DNA of 64,000 bases. Source: Candidatus Omnitrophota bacterium (GTDB lineage: Bacteria > Omnitrophota > Omnitrophia > Omnitrophales > JACQQS01). Where the stretch lies: assembly GCA_016206925.1 (NCBI GenBank), contig JACQQS010000070.1:1899-65898 (forward strand), read 5' to 3'. Of this stretch, positions 48,884 through 58,136 are shown in pieces. The translations under genes and the position numbers were made by a program. Every line of letters begins with the position of its first letter. The first letter of the stretch is position 1. The notes below the pieces were generated by a model. The model searched no databases. It was not told the origin of the DNA and saw nothing but the letters and a program-made list of their open reading frames with translations.

Positions 48884-50126
48884 GCAGCTTCGGGAAACCG
48901 ATCCGGAAATTTTTCAAGCCATTCAACGGGAAATCCGCCGGCAGAATGAAAATATCGAACTCATCGCCTCCGAGAACTTTGTATCCCGAGCCGTTCTGGA
49001 AGCGCAGGGTTCCGTACTCACGAACAAGTATGCCGAAGGTTATCCGGGCAAGAGATGGTACGGAGGGTGTGAGTTCGTTGATGTTGCGGAGCAGCTGGCC
49101 ATTGACCGTGCAAAGGCGCTGTTCGGCGCGGAACACGCCAATGTTCAGCCGCATTCGGGCACAACAGCCAATGTCATTGTTTACGCGGCGCTCCTCAACA
49201 TCGGCGATAAAATACTGGCCATGAACTTAAGTCACGGCGGCCATCTTACCCATGGTCATCCTCTGAATTTTTCCGGGAAATATTTTCAGATCATTCCTTA
49301 CGGCGTGGATGAAAAAAGCGAGCAAATCAATTATGATGAATTGGAACGGCTTGCGGTTGAACATAAGCCGAAATTGATTTTAATGGGCGCGTCGGCCTAC
49401 CCCCGCATAATTGATTTCAAACGCGGCCGCGAAATTGCAGACAAGGCCGGTGCCTATTTAATGGTGGATATGGCGCACATTGCCGGCTTAATTGCGGCTG
49501 GTTTGCATCCGAGCCCGGTGCCTTACGCCGATGTGGTGACCACTACAACGCATAAAACGCTTCGCGGTCCCCGCTCGGGCTTGATTCTTTCAAGGGAAAA
49601 ATATGCGAAGTCGATCGACCAATTGACGTTTCCGGGCCTTCAAGGCGGACCGCTCATGCACGTTATCGCGGCAAAGGCTGTTGCTTTAAAGGAAGCGATG
49701 TCGCCTGAGTTTAAAGAGTATCAGAAACAAATCATACGAAACGCTCAGACGCTCGCAAACGCCATGTCGCGCCTCGGATGGCGAATCGTTTCGGGCGGTA
49801 CCGACAATCATCTCATGCTTGTCGATGTGAAAAAGCGCGGATTTACAGGCAAAGACGTTCAGCTTGCCCTGGACCAAGTACACATTACGGTGAATAAAAA
49901 CGTAATTCCATTCGATCAGGAAAGTCCCTTCAAAGCCAGCGGAATTCGCCTGGGTACGCCGAGTGTAACTACGCGGGGCATGAAAGAGAAAGAAATGGAA
50001 TTCATTGCTCAACTTATCGATCGGACAACAAATGCTCTAAGCAATCCGCAGGAAACAAAGCACATTGCCGGCGAGGTCCTTGCTCTCACAAAGAAATTTC
50101 CTTTGTATGAAGATTTACTTGCTTAA
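48849..50126 (+). CDS. glyA: Serine hydroxymethyltransferase
   Basis: [40 protein letters not shown] and the PLP lysine block [12 protein letters not shown]. The start may instead be 48858. Confidence 0.95.
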   Translation: MITMQNVSHTAKQLRETDPEIFQAIQREIRRQNENIELIASENFVSRAVLEAQGSVLTNKYAEGYPGKRWYGGCEFVDVAEQLAIDRAKALFGAEHANVQPHSGTTANVIVYAALLNIGDKILAMNLSHGGHLTHGHPLNFSGKYFQIIPYGVDEKSEQINYDELERLAVEHKPKLILMGASAYPRIIDFKRGREIADKAGAYLMVDMAHIAGLIAAGLHPSPVPYADVVTTTTHKTLRGPRSGLILSREKYAKSIDQLTFPGLQGGPLMHVIAAKAVALKEAMSPEFKEYQKQIIRNAQTLANAMSRLGWRIVSGGTDNHLMLVDVKKRGFTGKDVQLALDQVHITVNKNVIPFDQESPFKASGIRLGTPSVTTRGMKEKEMEFIAQLIDRTTNALSNPQETKHIAGEVLALTKKFPLYEDLLA

Positions 50127-50184
50127 ACAGCGCATGCCGTTTGATGGGCCAGCTATTTCCAAGTTTAGGGAGGAATAAATTTTT

Positions 50185-50640
50185 ATGAAATGCCCGTATT
50201 GCAAAGTTTCGGATAAGGACCGGGTAGTGGATTCCCGTTCTTCGTCGGATGATTCCATCATCCGACGGCGGCGTCATTGCGACGCATGCGGGAGGCGCTA
50301 CACGACTTATGAACGCGTGGAAGTTTCTCCGACGTTCGTCGTCAAGAAGGATCAACGGCGGGAACCCTTCGAAAGGCAGAAAGTGCTTTCGGGAATCATG
50401 AAAGCCTGCGAGAAAAGGCCGGTAAGTGTTGAGGTACAGGAAGGGATCGTCGAAGAGCTCGAGAAAATGGTCGATGGACAGGGATACAATGAGATAACGA
50501 CAACGCAAATCGGTGAGTTCGTCATGGAGCGGTTGGCTGAAATTGATGAAGTGGCCTACGTCAGGTTTGCTTCCGTTTACCGGCAGTTCAAGGATGTCAC
50601 GCAGTTTATGAAGGAAGTGAACTCCCTTTTGAAGAAATGA
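50185..50640 (+). CDS. nrdR: Transcriptional repressor NrdR
   Basis: MKCPYC......V.DSR........RRRR.C..C..R.TTYE zinc ribbon followed by an ATP-cone. Confidence 0.95.
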   Translation: MKCPYCKVSDKDRVVDSRSSSDDSIIRRRRHCDACGRRYTTYERVEVSPTFVVKKDQRREPFERQKVLSGIMKACEKRPVSVEVQEGIVEELEKMVDGQGYNEITTTQIGEFVMERLAEIDEVAYVRFASVYRQFKDVTQFMKEVNSLLKK

Positions 50641-50758
50641 TTTTCTCGAAATCTTCCTCAAGCGAAGCGGGACCTAAGCCATTATAGTGCTGTATTTTAC
50701 GTTGAATATAACTGCTTCCTGTGTTAAAGTTACACTCACTGCGTAACGATATTTTTGT

Positions 50759-52150
50759 ATGGTCATAAGATATCGAAAGCTAATTCAAGGAAGGGTGGCT
50801 TTGAAGCAATTTCTATCGGTTGTGCTTTTTGTTTTTCTTCTCTCTTTTCTTTCCCAAGATCATGTCCTTGCCACAACTTCTTACGACCCGTATGCGCCCG
50901 TTTCCCGTGAAGAACGCGATGAGCGGTTAAGCTTAACCAAACGCCGCGAGTTCATCCGCCCGGTTGCAGATATTTTCGCCCTGCCTTTTGATATCGTAAA
51001 GCTCGCGCTGGACCCCGTCACCTATGAAGTTGAATCGCGTCATATTCCGCGTAAACTTACTTGGATTTATGACGAGCTGAAAGAGAAAGGCATCAAGCCT
51101 TTTATACAAAATAAAGGTAAGGGAGCTGCGGTCGGTTTGGATATCGAAGCGGTCAAGTTGGCCCGGCTGGAAGAGCGTCTGCCGGGCGTTGCATGGCATA
51201 ATAAAGTTAAGTGGATTTCGGTGCGTGATCAGTTTCTATTGAGCTCCGCGCCCAAGATCGATCGAATATTCGACACACCGCTTTCCCTGTGCGCCGGCTT
51301 TCAGTACGAATTGCTGGGAGAGGAGGATTTTTGGGGAATCGGTCCGGATTCCGGTTTAGGACAGGGTTCCAATTATGAGCAGGAAAAGACACAGTTTACG
51401 TTGGGTGCCGATTTTGATATTAATTTCGTTGCCAAGGCAACGTTCGATTTCGGGTATGAGCATGTAAACATCGCAGAAGGACATGACAGTAATGAAACGC
51501 ATGGCGGCGGGAAAAATAACATCAAAGCTGCTTTTCCGACGCTTGAGGGCATTAACGGATCGGATGAAATTAACTTTGTGTGGGGTCTCGAATACGACAG
51601 GCGCAATAATAACAAACGCCCGACGAAAGGGCACCGTGAGAAAATCACATTTGGCTACCACCATGGTGTCCGCGGTTCAGATGCCCGTTACTTCGAATAT
51701 TTGACCGATTTATCGATCTTTGTGCCGGTCTTCAGCGAACGCCGGGTGCTTGCGGTGCGCTTTTACGGCGAGCACAATAACGAACTGGATAGCGACGAAG
51801 TCCCGTTCTTTAATAAAGCCCGGCTGGGTGGCCATCAGACCGATCCGGAAGAGGGCCTGCCGCTTCGAAGTTTTGAACGGAACCGGTTTTTTGACGATTC
51901 GGTAGCTGTTCTAAACATTGAATATCGCTACAACATTTGGCATTATCGTGACTACAAGCTGGATGCGGTCGTTTTCTTTGATGAAGGACAGGTCTTTGAT
52001 AAGTTTTCGGAAATTCAATGGGGAGATTTTCAGGAATCTTACGGCGGCGGATTTAGAGTGTACGTGCTCGATAGAAATATCTTCACCGCGGAGATTGCGC
52101 ACGGCAACGAAGGGACAGAATTTTATGCGAGAACCGGTACCGTTTTTTAA
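50759..52150 (+). CDS. Omp85-family outer-membrane beta-barrel (Bac_surface_Ag-like), no recognisable POTRA
   Basis: Signal peptide. C-terminal Omp85 pattern (RLGGHQT...LRSFERNRF.DDS.AVLNIEYRY........LDAVVFFDEGQVF......SYGGGFRV) and terminal F (..YARTGTVF). The alternative start TTG 50801 has a better SD (AAGGAAGGG). Confidence 0.7.
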   Translation: MVIRYRKLIQGRVALKQFLSVVLFVFLLSFLSQDHVLATTSYDPYAPVSREERDERLSLTKRREFIRPVADIFALPFDIVKLALDPVTYEVESRHIPRKLTWIYDELKEKGIKPFIQNKGKGAAVGLDIEAVKLARLEERLPGVAWHNKVKWISVRDQFLLSSAPKIDRIFDTPLSLCAGFQYELLGEEDFWGIGPDSGLGQGSNYEQEKTQFTLGADFDINFVAKATFDFGYEHVNIAEGHDSNETHGGGKNNIKAAFPTLEGINGSDEINFVWGLEYDRRNNNKRPTKGHREKITFGYHHGVRGSDARYFEYLTDLSIFVPVFSERRVLAVRFYGEHNNELDSDEVPFFNKARLGGHQTDPEEGLPLRSFERNRFFDDSVAVLNIEYRYNIWHYRDYKLDAVVFFDEGQVFDKFSEIQWGDFQESYGGGFRVYVLDRNIFTAEIAHGNEGTEFYARTGTVF

Positions 52151-53825
52151 AGCCGTTTTGCAGCGGGCAAATTTACTTCTTGCCGTCGGCGTTGTTCTGG
52201 CGAGTGTGGCCGGCATTGCTATCGCCCAGGAAATGTCCGTCGAATCTCTGCCGGATGATTATACTCCGAAGGAGCGCAAGCAAGCGCTTGCGCTTGACGT
52301 TTACCGTCAGAATATTCATCAAGAGTTTACGCATTTTTTAAGGAAGAGTGAAACGATTCGCCACATCAAGCGCGGAAAATTGCCCGCACTTGATGTGAAC
52401 GATTTCGATGAAGTGCCGGATTCGCTTTTCTTTACGAACCGCCACGGGAAGAAGAAATTGTCCGGTCAGGAGTTAAAGGCGGGCCCTGTTCAGGGCAGTT
52501 CGGGTGGCCCAAGAACCGGCGAGTGGAAAGTAACCAAAGGCAAAAGCGGCGGCCTGAGTCGCGGTATGTTTATTGAAGATTCCGGCGGAGCAAAATTTCT
52601 TCTAAAATTTGATCCCGAAGATAATCCCGAAGTTGCCTCAGGCGCCGAAAGCGTTGCAAGCCGGACATTTCATGCCGTCGGATACAATGTTCCGGAGTAT
52701 TACGTCACTTATTTCAGCCGCGATCAATTGAGACCGGCTCCGGGTGCTAAATACTATGCAAAAAGTGGATTCAAGAAACCGCTGACCGATGAAGGAATCG
52801 ATGAAATTCTCTCTGGCGTTCCTCAAACAAGGGACGGCCGTTACCGGGCCTCCGCAAGCCGTCTTCTCCCGGGCGAAGTGCTGGGCCGTGAAGAATACGA
52901 CAGAAGGAGAAAGCAGGATCCGAACGACCCGGTTTGGCATCGTGACCGGCGCACATTCCGGGCTTTACGTGTTTTTGCCTCATGGATAAATTATTATGAT
53001 CTTGTGCCGCAAAATTCCCTTGAGGTTGTTGAAAGCGTCGATGGAAAGCGCGCTATCAGGCATTACATCATTGATTTTGGGTCCTCACTAGGCAGCGCGG
53101 GTAATTTGGTGAAGCCGGACATGTATGGGTTCGAGCATATGCTCGATTACGGTGAGGTCTTCAAGTCATTCATTACGCTCGGGTTTTATCGAAAGCCTTG
53201 GGAAAAGAGGGCGGATGAAATACCTCAAGAGATACCGCTCGCCTCCGTGGGCAATTTTGACAACAAGGAGTTTCACCCGGAAAAATGGAAAACACAGCTG
53301 CCTGTTTATGCGTTTAAAGAATTGACCCCTGCGGATGCTTTCTGGGCAGCCAAGATTATCATGGAGTTTAGCGACGAAGATATCCGAACACTAGTCGAAA
53401 CGGGTGAGTATACGGACAAACAGGCTGTGGATTATTTAACCCTGACCTTGGCCGAAAGACGCGACATGATCGGGCGTTACTGGTTTGATAAGGTTAGCCC
53501 GCTCGACGAAATAGACGCCGCCGCGCAAGGCGGAAATTTGTCCATCCGCTTTGTTGATCTTTCCGAAACGTATGGCTTTACCTCAGCCGGAGACACCTCG
53601 TACCGCTATGAAGTTTTCGATGTGGATTCCGATGGCGATAAAGAGAATTCTCTGGCATCCGGTATGGCGGAGCAGAGCCCTATTTCATTGACTCAGGGAC
53701 AATGGACACCGTCCGGAACAAATATCGTTGAGATACAAGCGAAGCGCAGCGCTTCTGGCGAATGGCTTCCCCCCGTGACTTTGGAGATATCGCAAGCTCA
53801 GCTTGCAGGAATCCATCGCGATTAG
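52125..53825 (+). CDS. Exported protein with kinase-like (PI3/4-kinase / protein-kinase-like fold) motifs
   Basis: I prefer ATG 52125 (signal peptide MREPVPFFKAVLQRANLLLAVGVVLASVAGIAIA), which overlaps the barrel gene by 26 nt, over 51918. Motifs in order: GAKFLLKF (Lys), GAESVASR (Glu), FASWINYYDLVPQNSL (D....N catalytic-loop-like) and HYIIDFGSSLGS (DFG-like). By-eye inference. Confidence 0.5.
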   Translation: MREPVPFFKAVLQRANLLLAVGVVLASVAGIAIAQEMSVESLPDDYTPKERKQALALDVYRQNIHQEFTHFLRKSETIRHIKRGKLPALDVNDFDEVPDSLFFTNRHGKKKLSGQELKAGPVQGSSGGPRTGEWKVTKGKSGGLSRGMFIEDSGGAKFLLKFDPEDNPEVASGAESVASRTFHAVGYNVPEYYVTYFSRDQLRPAPGAKYYAKSGFKKPLTDEGIDEILSGVPQTRDGRYRASASRLLPGEVLGREEYDRRRKQDPNDPVWHRDRRTFRALRVFASWINYYDLVPQNSLEVVESVDGKRAIRHYIIDFGSSLGSAGNLVKPDMYGFEHMLDYGEVFKSFITLGFYRKPWEKRADEIPQEIPLASVGNFDNKEFHPEKWKTQLPVYAFKELTPADAFWAAKIIMEFSDEDIRTLVETGEYTDKQAVDYLTLTLAERRDMIGRYWFDKVSPLDEIDAAAQGGNLSIRFVDLSETYGFTSAGDTSYRYEVFDVDSDGDKENSLASGMAEQSPISLTQGQWTPSGTNIVEIQAKRSASGEWLPPVTLEISQAQLAGIHRD

Positions 53826-53848
53826 ATTTACATGGCGGGAGTAAATCA

Positions 53849-54310
53849 ATGGGCATTACAGAACAGAAACCCCAGACCCGTTGGTCAGCATCCATCGGAT
53901 TTTTACTTTTAATTGCGCTGCCCGTCCTCCTGCTTTTACCGGAAGCATTCCAATTTCCTGCCAAAACCAGGGTTCTCCAAACAAGAAATGGCCTCGAGCA
54001 TATCCGGGAGCGCATCGGGCTTTTTTCACGGCATCATGGAAGGGCTCCTCATTCGCTATCGGAACTTCTCACGGAAACCTATGAAACCAAAGGATCCGTC
54101 AGAGAGCCGTATTTGGAGAAGATTCCGATCGAGACGATATCGTCTCAGGAGGGAACCGGAGAATTTGTGGACGTGTTAAATACGCAGGAAATACACAAGC
54201 CGGGAGGCTGGATGTATCAAATGGATTTGGGCGAGATCCACGTAAATGTCCACAAGAAGCTGGATAAGCGCTGGGGAGAATTTAGGGGCGAGATTCCGAG
54301 CAACTGGTGA
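53849..54310 (+). CDS. Hypothetical membrane-anchored protein, weakly pseudopilin/GspG-like
   Basis: I prefer ATG 53849 (GGGAG upstream). It has an N-terminal hydrophobic helix and a C-terminal GGWMYQMDLGEIHVN resembling the GspG-type GW.Y....G.I tail. No canonical prepilin G/FTLIE site. Confidence 0.35.
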   Translation: MGITEQKPQTRWSASIGFLLLIALPVLLLLPEAFQFPAKTRVLQTRNGLEHIRERIGLFSRHHGRAPHSLSELLTETYETKGSVREPYLEKIPIETISSQEGTGEFVDVLNTQEIHKPGGWMYQMDLGEIHVNVHKKLDKRWGEFRGEIPSNW

Positions 54311-55664
54311 CACCGATGGGATGTTGCTCCGATGCAAGAAATCGCAACATGCCGAGCCAGAGAATCACGGTTCCCCACGTCATGGCTCCCAAGTTTAATA
54401 ACGGTTTAAAGGCATATCCGAAAATTATAAAGAGAACCGAAAGCCAGACAGCCCATTTCAATAATTTTAGCTTCCCCGAAGTTGCCTCCTTTGTCTCCAA
54501 GACGGTGAACACTCCGAGATAAGCGGGAAATAGTGTTGAAAAATAATGCGACCAGGCCAAGGGCGAAGATATAAGAAGCACTGCAACGGGAACGGAAAAT
54601 TCAATAAGTTTTAAGCGGGCGTCATTCCGGTTTTTTCTCAAGAAATAGAAAGAGGACACGATTAGAATGAGGATGACCGCGTAAGATAACAAGCGCGGAA
54701 GCATGACGCCTCGCTCCATTAATCCTTCCCGGCTTCGAAGAATTAACCTGCACAGAACAGCATAAATCGACTGGTTCTTAAGGATAAAAGGATCGTGAAC
54801 TTGCCGCCACCACAGGAGTGGATCGGAGTAGAATTCATCATCCGTTGCGGGGATCCGATAGGTACTGAACGGCACCTTGTTCAACCATTGGTCGAGGTAT
54901 TCGAAATTTCTTTCAAATCCGAAATAAAGTCCCGGGAGAATGATAAGAAAAAGCGCTAGGCCGGCAAGCGTCCACAGGACGATTTTCCAGTTCTGTTTGA
55001 CGGCAAAGAATATCAGGAGTAAGGCTGCTGGAGTAACTTTGGTTGCGATAGCAAAGCCCAGTGAAAGACCGCATAGCGCGCTTTTTCTGCGGATCCATCC
55101 ATAGAGAGATAACATCAACGAAAGAAGAATGAGAATTCCGATCTGACCGCGCGTTGCCACATCGGAGAAGGGGATTGCACAGACAAAGAAGCTGAGACCG
55201 AGGATTTTCCATTTCTTTTGTGCCGCAAGATGTTCCGGAAGAAGTTTAAAAGAAATTCGGGCAATCCAGGCCAGGAAACCGATCGTAACCGCGTAAAAAG
55301 CCAGGGCGTTCCAGGCCAGCGAACCCCAGGCCAGTGAGATGAATAGAATAGATAGAAACGGCGGGCTCGTAAAAAACCAGGCCCGGCTGTTTTCAGCTTT
55401 GTAGATGTCTTTGCCGGTGAGCGCGTTTATTCCGGCTGCTTTATAAACGCCAAGATCAGTACGCTCTTTTATATCGAACCCTGCGCGGAATACCGTGGAT
55501 GCGCCTACGCCCATAATCGTTCCCGCGATGGCAATCGTGACAAGCCATTTGCGCGATTGGGCTAATAAACCGTTCGAGATTGATTTAAACTTCATGGGCC
55601 GGGAATTATATAACAGGCGCTGTTTTTCCGATATATCTTTTTTGATGTCTTTGATGTCAAACAA
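54282..55664 (-). CDS. Polytopic membrane glycosyltransferase-like protein (DUF2029/GT87- or GT-C-like)
   Basis: It has about 11 predicted TM helices with the loop organisation typical of GT-C enzymes. Family assignment is by general resemblance only. Confidence 0.5.
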   Translation of the reverse strand: MFDIKDIKKDISEKQRLLYNSRPMKFKSISNGLLAQSRKWLVTIAIAGTIMGVGASTVFRAGFDIKERTDLGVYKAAGINALTGKDIYKAENSRAWFFTSPPFLSILFISLAWGSLAWNALAFYAVTIGFLAWIARISFKLLPEHLAAQKKWKILGLSFFVCAIPFSDVATRGQIGILILLSLMLSLYGWIRRKSALCGLSLGFAIATKVTPAALLLIFFAVKQNWKIVLWTLAGLALFLIILPGLYFGFERNFEYLDQWLNKVPFSTYRIPATDDEFYSDPLLWWRQVHDPFILKNQSIYAVLCRLILRSREGLMERGVMLPRLLSYAVILILIVSSFYFLRKNRNDARLKLIEFSVPVAVLLISSPLAWSHYFSTLFPAYLGVFTVLETKEATSGKLKLLKWAVWLSVLFIIFGYAFKPLLNLGAMTWGTVILWLGMLRFLASEQHPIGVTSCSESRP

Positions 55665-55711
55665 TTAGACTTCACCGTAAAAATATTTCAATATTCGGAG
55701 CAAAGCCCTTC

Positions 55712-56575
55712 TTGGAAAAAATTTTGGTAACGGGGTTAAATGGTCTCATTGGCTGGCATTGCTTTCATGCTGCTCTCCGCCGCCATGAAACGTTCGGCAC
55801 ATTCAGCCGGTTTCATCCGCCGTTTGACCAAAACAATTGCGTTTATTCAAACCTCGATTCAAGAAAACGTACACGCGCCCTATTGGAAAAAACCAGGCCG
55901 AGCGTCATTATCCACACCAGGTGCATTTGCGATCTGGATGTCTGCGAAATTCAGCCAGCCCTGACCGAGCGGATCAATGTAGAAGGCACGCAACGGCTTC
56001 TTGAAGAAGCGGAGCGGATCGGCACCGTAAAGAAATTTTGTTACCTTTCGACCGACCACGTGTTTAACGGCGACCGTGGTCACTATTCTGAACTGGATAC
56101 ACCCTGCCCGAAGCATGTGTACGGCCGGACGAAAGTGGCAGCGGAAGGAATCGCTTGCCGTTCGCGATTGCCCTGGTTGATCGTGCGGCCGGGATTGGTC
56201 ATCGGTCGAAGCCCGCAAGGCAATAAAGGACCGCGTGACTGGCTGTTTTCCAGACTCCGCAAAGGACTTCAGTCGCATTTGTTTACCGATGAATGGCGGA
56301 CTCCGGTATGGGCCGAGGCGCTTTCAGAAAAAATCCTTCAGCTTATTGAAACCGGTCAGCAGGGTGTTTTTCATATTGCAGGTTGCGTGCGCATAAACCG
56401 TTATGAGCTTGGACTTGCACTGGCACGCCGGGAGGGAATCGATACGGTCGCGCTTCGATCAAAGTTTCGGGCCCAAGATAGGTGGAGCCATATCCGTCCG
56501 AACGAACTGACTTTAAAATCTGTATATCTGGAACCGCCGGAGTTTGAACTGGGGGCCTTTGGTAAGCATGCTTAA
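55712..56575 (+). CDS. SDR-family NAD(P)-dependent reductase, dTDP-4-dehydrorhamnose reductase (RmlD)-like
   Basis: TTG start. ILVTGLNGLIG Rossmann motif, STDHVFNG....Y.E.D...P...YGRTK..AE (RmlD substrate-binding pattern, YxxxK). Confidence 0.7.
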   Translation: MEKILVTGLNGLIGWHCFHAALRRHETFGTFSRFHPPFDQNNCVYSNLDSRKRTRALLEKTRPSVIIHTRCICDLDVCEIQPALTERINVEGTQRLLEEAERIGTVKKFCYLSTDHVFNGDRGHYSELDTPCPKHVYGRTKVAAEGIACRSRLPWLIVRPGLVIGRSPQGNKGPRDWLFSRLRKGLQSHLFTDEWRTPVWAEALSEKILQLIETGQQGVFHIAGCVRINRYELGLALARREGIDTVALRSKFRAQDRWSHIRPNELTLKSVYLEPPEFELGAFGKHA

Positions 56576-57071
56576 ACTCGTACGGCTATCCGATCCTCTG
56601 CTTCACCGCCGGTCTCGCCAAGTAGATCCTTGTGAAATCGTAGAAAGAAATTTTCAGCAAATGCTGGATATGCTTGTGAAAGCCATGAGGTACTATAAAG
56701 GTGTGGGTATTGCCGCTCCGCAAGTCGGAATCAATAAGAAAATTTTTGTGTGCGAAGTAGCGAATAATCCTCGTTACCCGTCCGCGCCTGAAATTCCTCT
56801 TCAGTTATTTCTTAATCCCCGGATCATCTGGATTTCTCCGGAAGAAACAATTTTGCAGGAAGGCTGTTTGAGCGTGCGGAATTTGCGGGGTGATGTCCCG
56901 AGATCGGCGAAGATTAGATTATCAGCCCTTGACAGATTCGGTAAACCCGTAGAAATAGCGGCGGAAAGCTTTCTAGCGCGCATTTTTCAGCACGAATGCG
57001 ACCATTTGAGCGGACATTTGTTTCTCGAAAGAGTACGCGATCATTCTACCGTTGTTCGGTCCAAGTTGTGA
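56568..57071 (+). CDS. def: Peptide deformylase
   Basis: I prefer ATG 56568 (8-nt overlap with the upstream stop) over 56544. Motifs GVGIAAPQVG, EGCLSV and HECDHL. Confidence 0.9.
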   Translation: MLKLVRLSDPLLHRRSRQVDPCEIVERNFQQMLDMLVKAMRYYKGVGIAAPQVGINKKIFVCEVANNPRYPSAPEIPLQLFLNPRIIWISPEETILQEGCLSVRNLRGDVPRSAKIRLSALDRFGKPVEIAAESFLARIFQHECDHLSGHLFLERVRDHSTVVRSKL

Positions 57072-57085
57072 CCGTTGAACAGTTC

Positions 57086-57113
57086 TTGAAATTTGGAATT
57101 TTTTTGCTAAAAT
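57086..57113 (+). promoter_or_regulatory. Promoter candidate for the ABC operon
   Basis: TTGAAA (57086-57091), 16-nt spacer, TAAAAT (57108-57113). Confidence 0.35.
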
Positions 57114-57173
57114 TTTTTTGTTCGAAAGCCGATAATAAACAAGATATTTAACTTCGTTATCTAAAGAACAAAT

Positions 57174-58136
57174 ATGATATCTGTTCAAAATCTCACAATG
57201 AACTATGGGAAGTTCAGGGCACTCCAGGGTGTTTCCTTTTCGATGGGCGAGAAGGAAATCCTCGGTTTGCTTGGGCCCAATGGCGCCGGCAAGACGACGG
57301 CCATGCGTATCATCACAACCTATCTTTATCCCACTTCAGGAACCGTTACGGTGGGCGGACACGATGTCGTGAAGCAGCCTTTGGAAGTACGAAAGCTTCT
57401 CGGTTATTTGCCCGAAGCAGCTCCTCTTTATCAAGATATGCAGGTCGAAGAATATCTTCGGTTTGTCGGCGAGGCGCGGGGCATTTATGGAGCCGGACTG
57501 GATAAGCGATTGGGGTGGGTGAAGGAAGCTTGCCAGATTGAATCGGTCTGGCGGCATACCGTATTTGAACTGTCCAAAGGATACCGCCAGCGCGTTGGGC
57601 TGGCGCAGGCTTTGATCCATAATCCGCGCGTGCTGATTCTGGATGAACCGACTTCCGGTCTGGACCCGCTGCAAATCATCGGAATTCGCGATCTCATCCG
57701 GCGTCTTGCGGAAGAGAAAACAATTATTTTCTCCACGCATATTCTTCAAGAAGTTGGCGCCATTGCTGATCGCATCGTTATTATCAATGACGGGCGGGTC
57801 ATTTCCGACGGCACACGTGAGGAGTTGTCGGAAAGAACATCAAGGTTTCAGAACGTCCATCTGGTGGTAAAAGGGGACATGCAGTCGGTCGAATCAGAAC
57901 TAAAATTGCTCGGCGTGTGCGATGAAATCCACTGCGAAGGCCACAGTGACGGCGGGTTTGTCCGATTTCGCATAACATCCCGAAGCAAGGTACCGGTGAT
58001 CCCGCTTATAGATGAGCTCGTGAAAAAGCAAAAATGGCCCCTTGCGGAGTTGGTCAAAGAAGACGCCAGTTTGGAAGAGACGTTCATTTCTCTTCTGCGC
58101 GAAGATGCGGCGGCGCGGCGGAAGGTGAAATCATGA
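57174..58136 (+). CDS. ABC transporter ATP-binding protein (ABC-2/GldA-like)
   Basis: Walker A GPNGAGKTT, Q-loop, signature LSKGYRQR, Walker B ILDEPTSGLD and H-loop STH. Confidence 0.9.
   Translation: MISVQNLTMNYGKFRALQGVSFSMGEKEILGLLGPNGAGKTTAMRIITTYLYPTSGTVTVGGHDVVKQPLEVRKLLGYLPEAAPLYQDMQVEEYLRFVGEARGIYGAGLDKRLGWVKEACQIESVWRHTVFELSKGYRQRVGLAQALIHNPRVLILDEPTSGLDPLQIIGIRDLIRRLAEEKTIIFSTHILQEVGAIADRIVIINDGRVISDGTREELSERTSRFQNVHLVVKGDMQSVESELKLLGVCDEIHCEGHSDGGFVRFRITSRSKVPVIPLIDELVKKQKWPLAELVKEDASLEETFISLLREDAAARRKVKS

Noticed and set aside
50086-50661. A 191-aa ORF on the - strand.
   Set aside because: It is antisense to nrdR, which has a clear zinc ribbon and ATP-cone. It is a shadow ORF.
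51918-52124. The N-terminal extension of ORF 51918..53825.
   Set aside because: It would overlap the Omp85-like gene by 233 nt. The internal ATG at 52125 is followed by a textbook signal peptide. The same reasoning trims 16620->16728 (proA), 37459->37513 (purB), 40043->40073 (purQ), 43048->43093 (purF), 44439->44526 (purM), 58034->58133 (permease) and 12402..13688->13643 (EF-hand protein).
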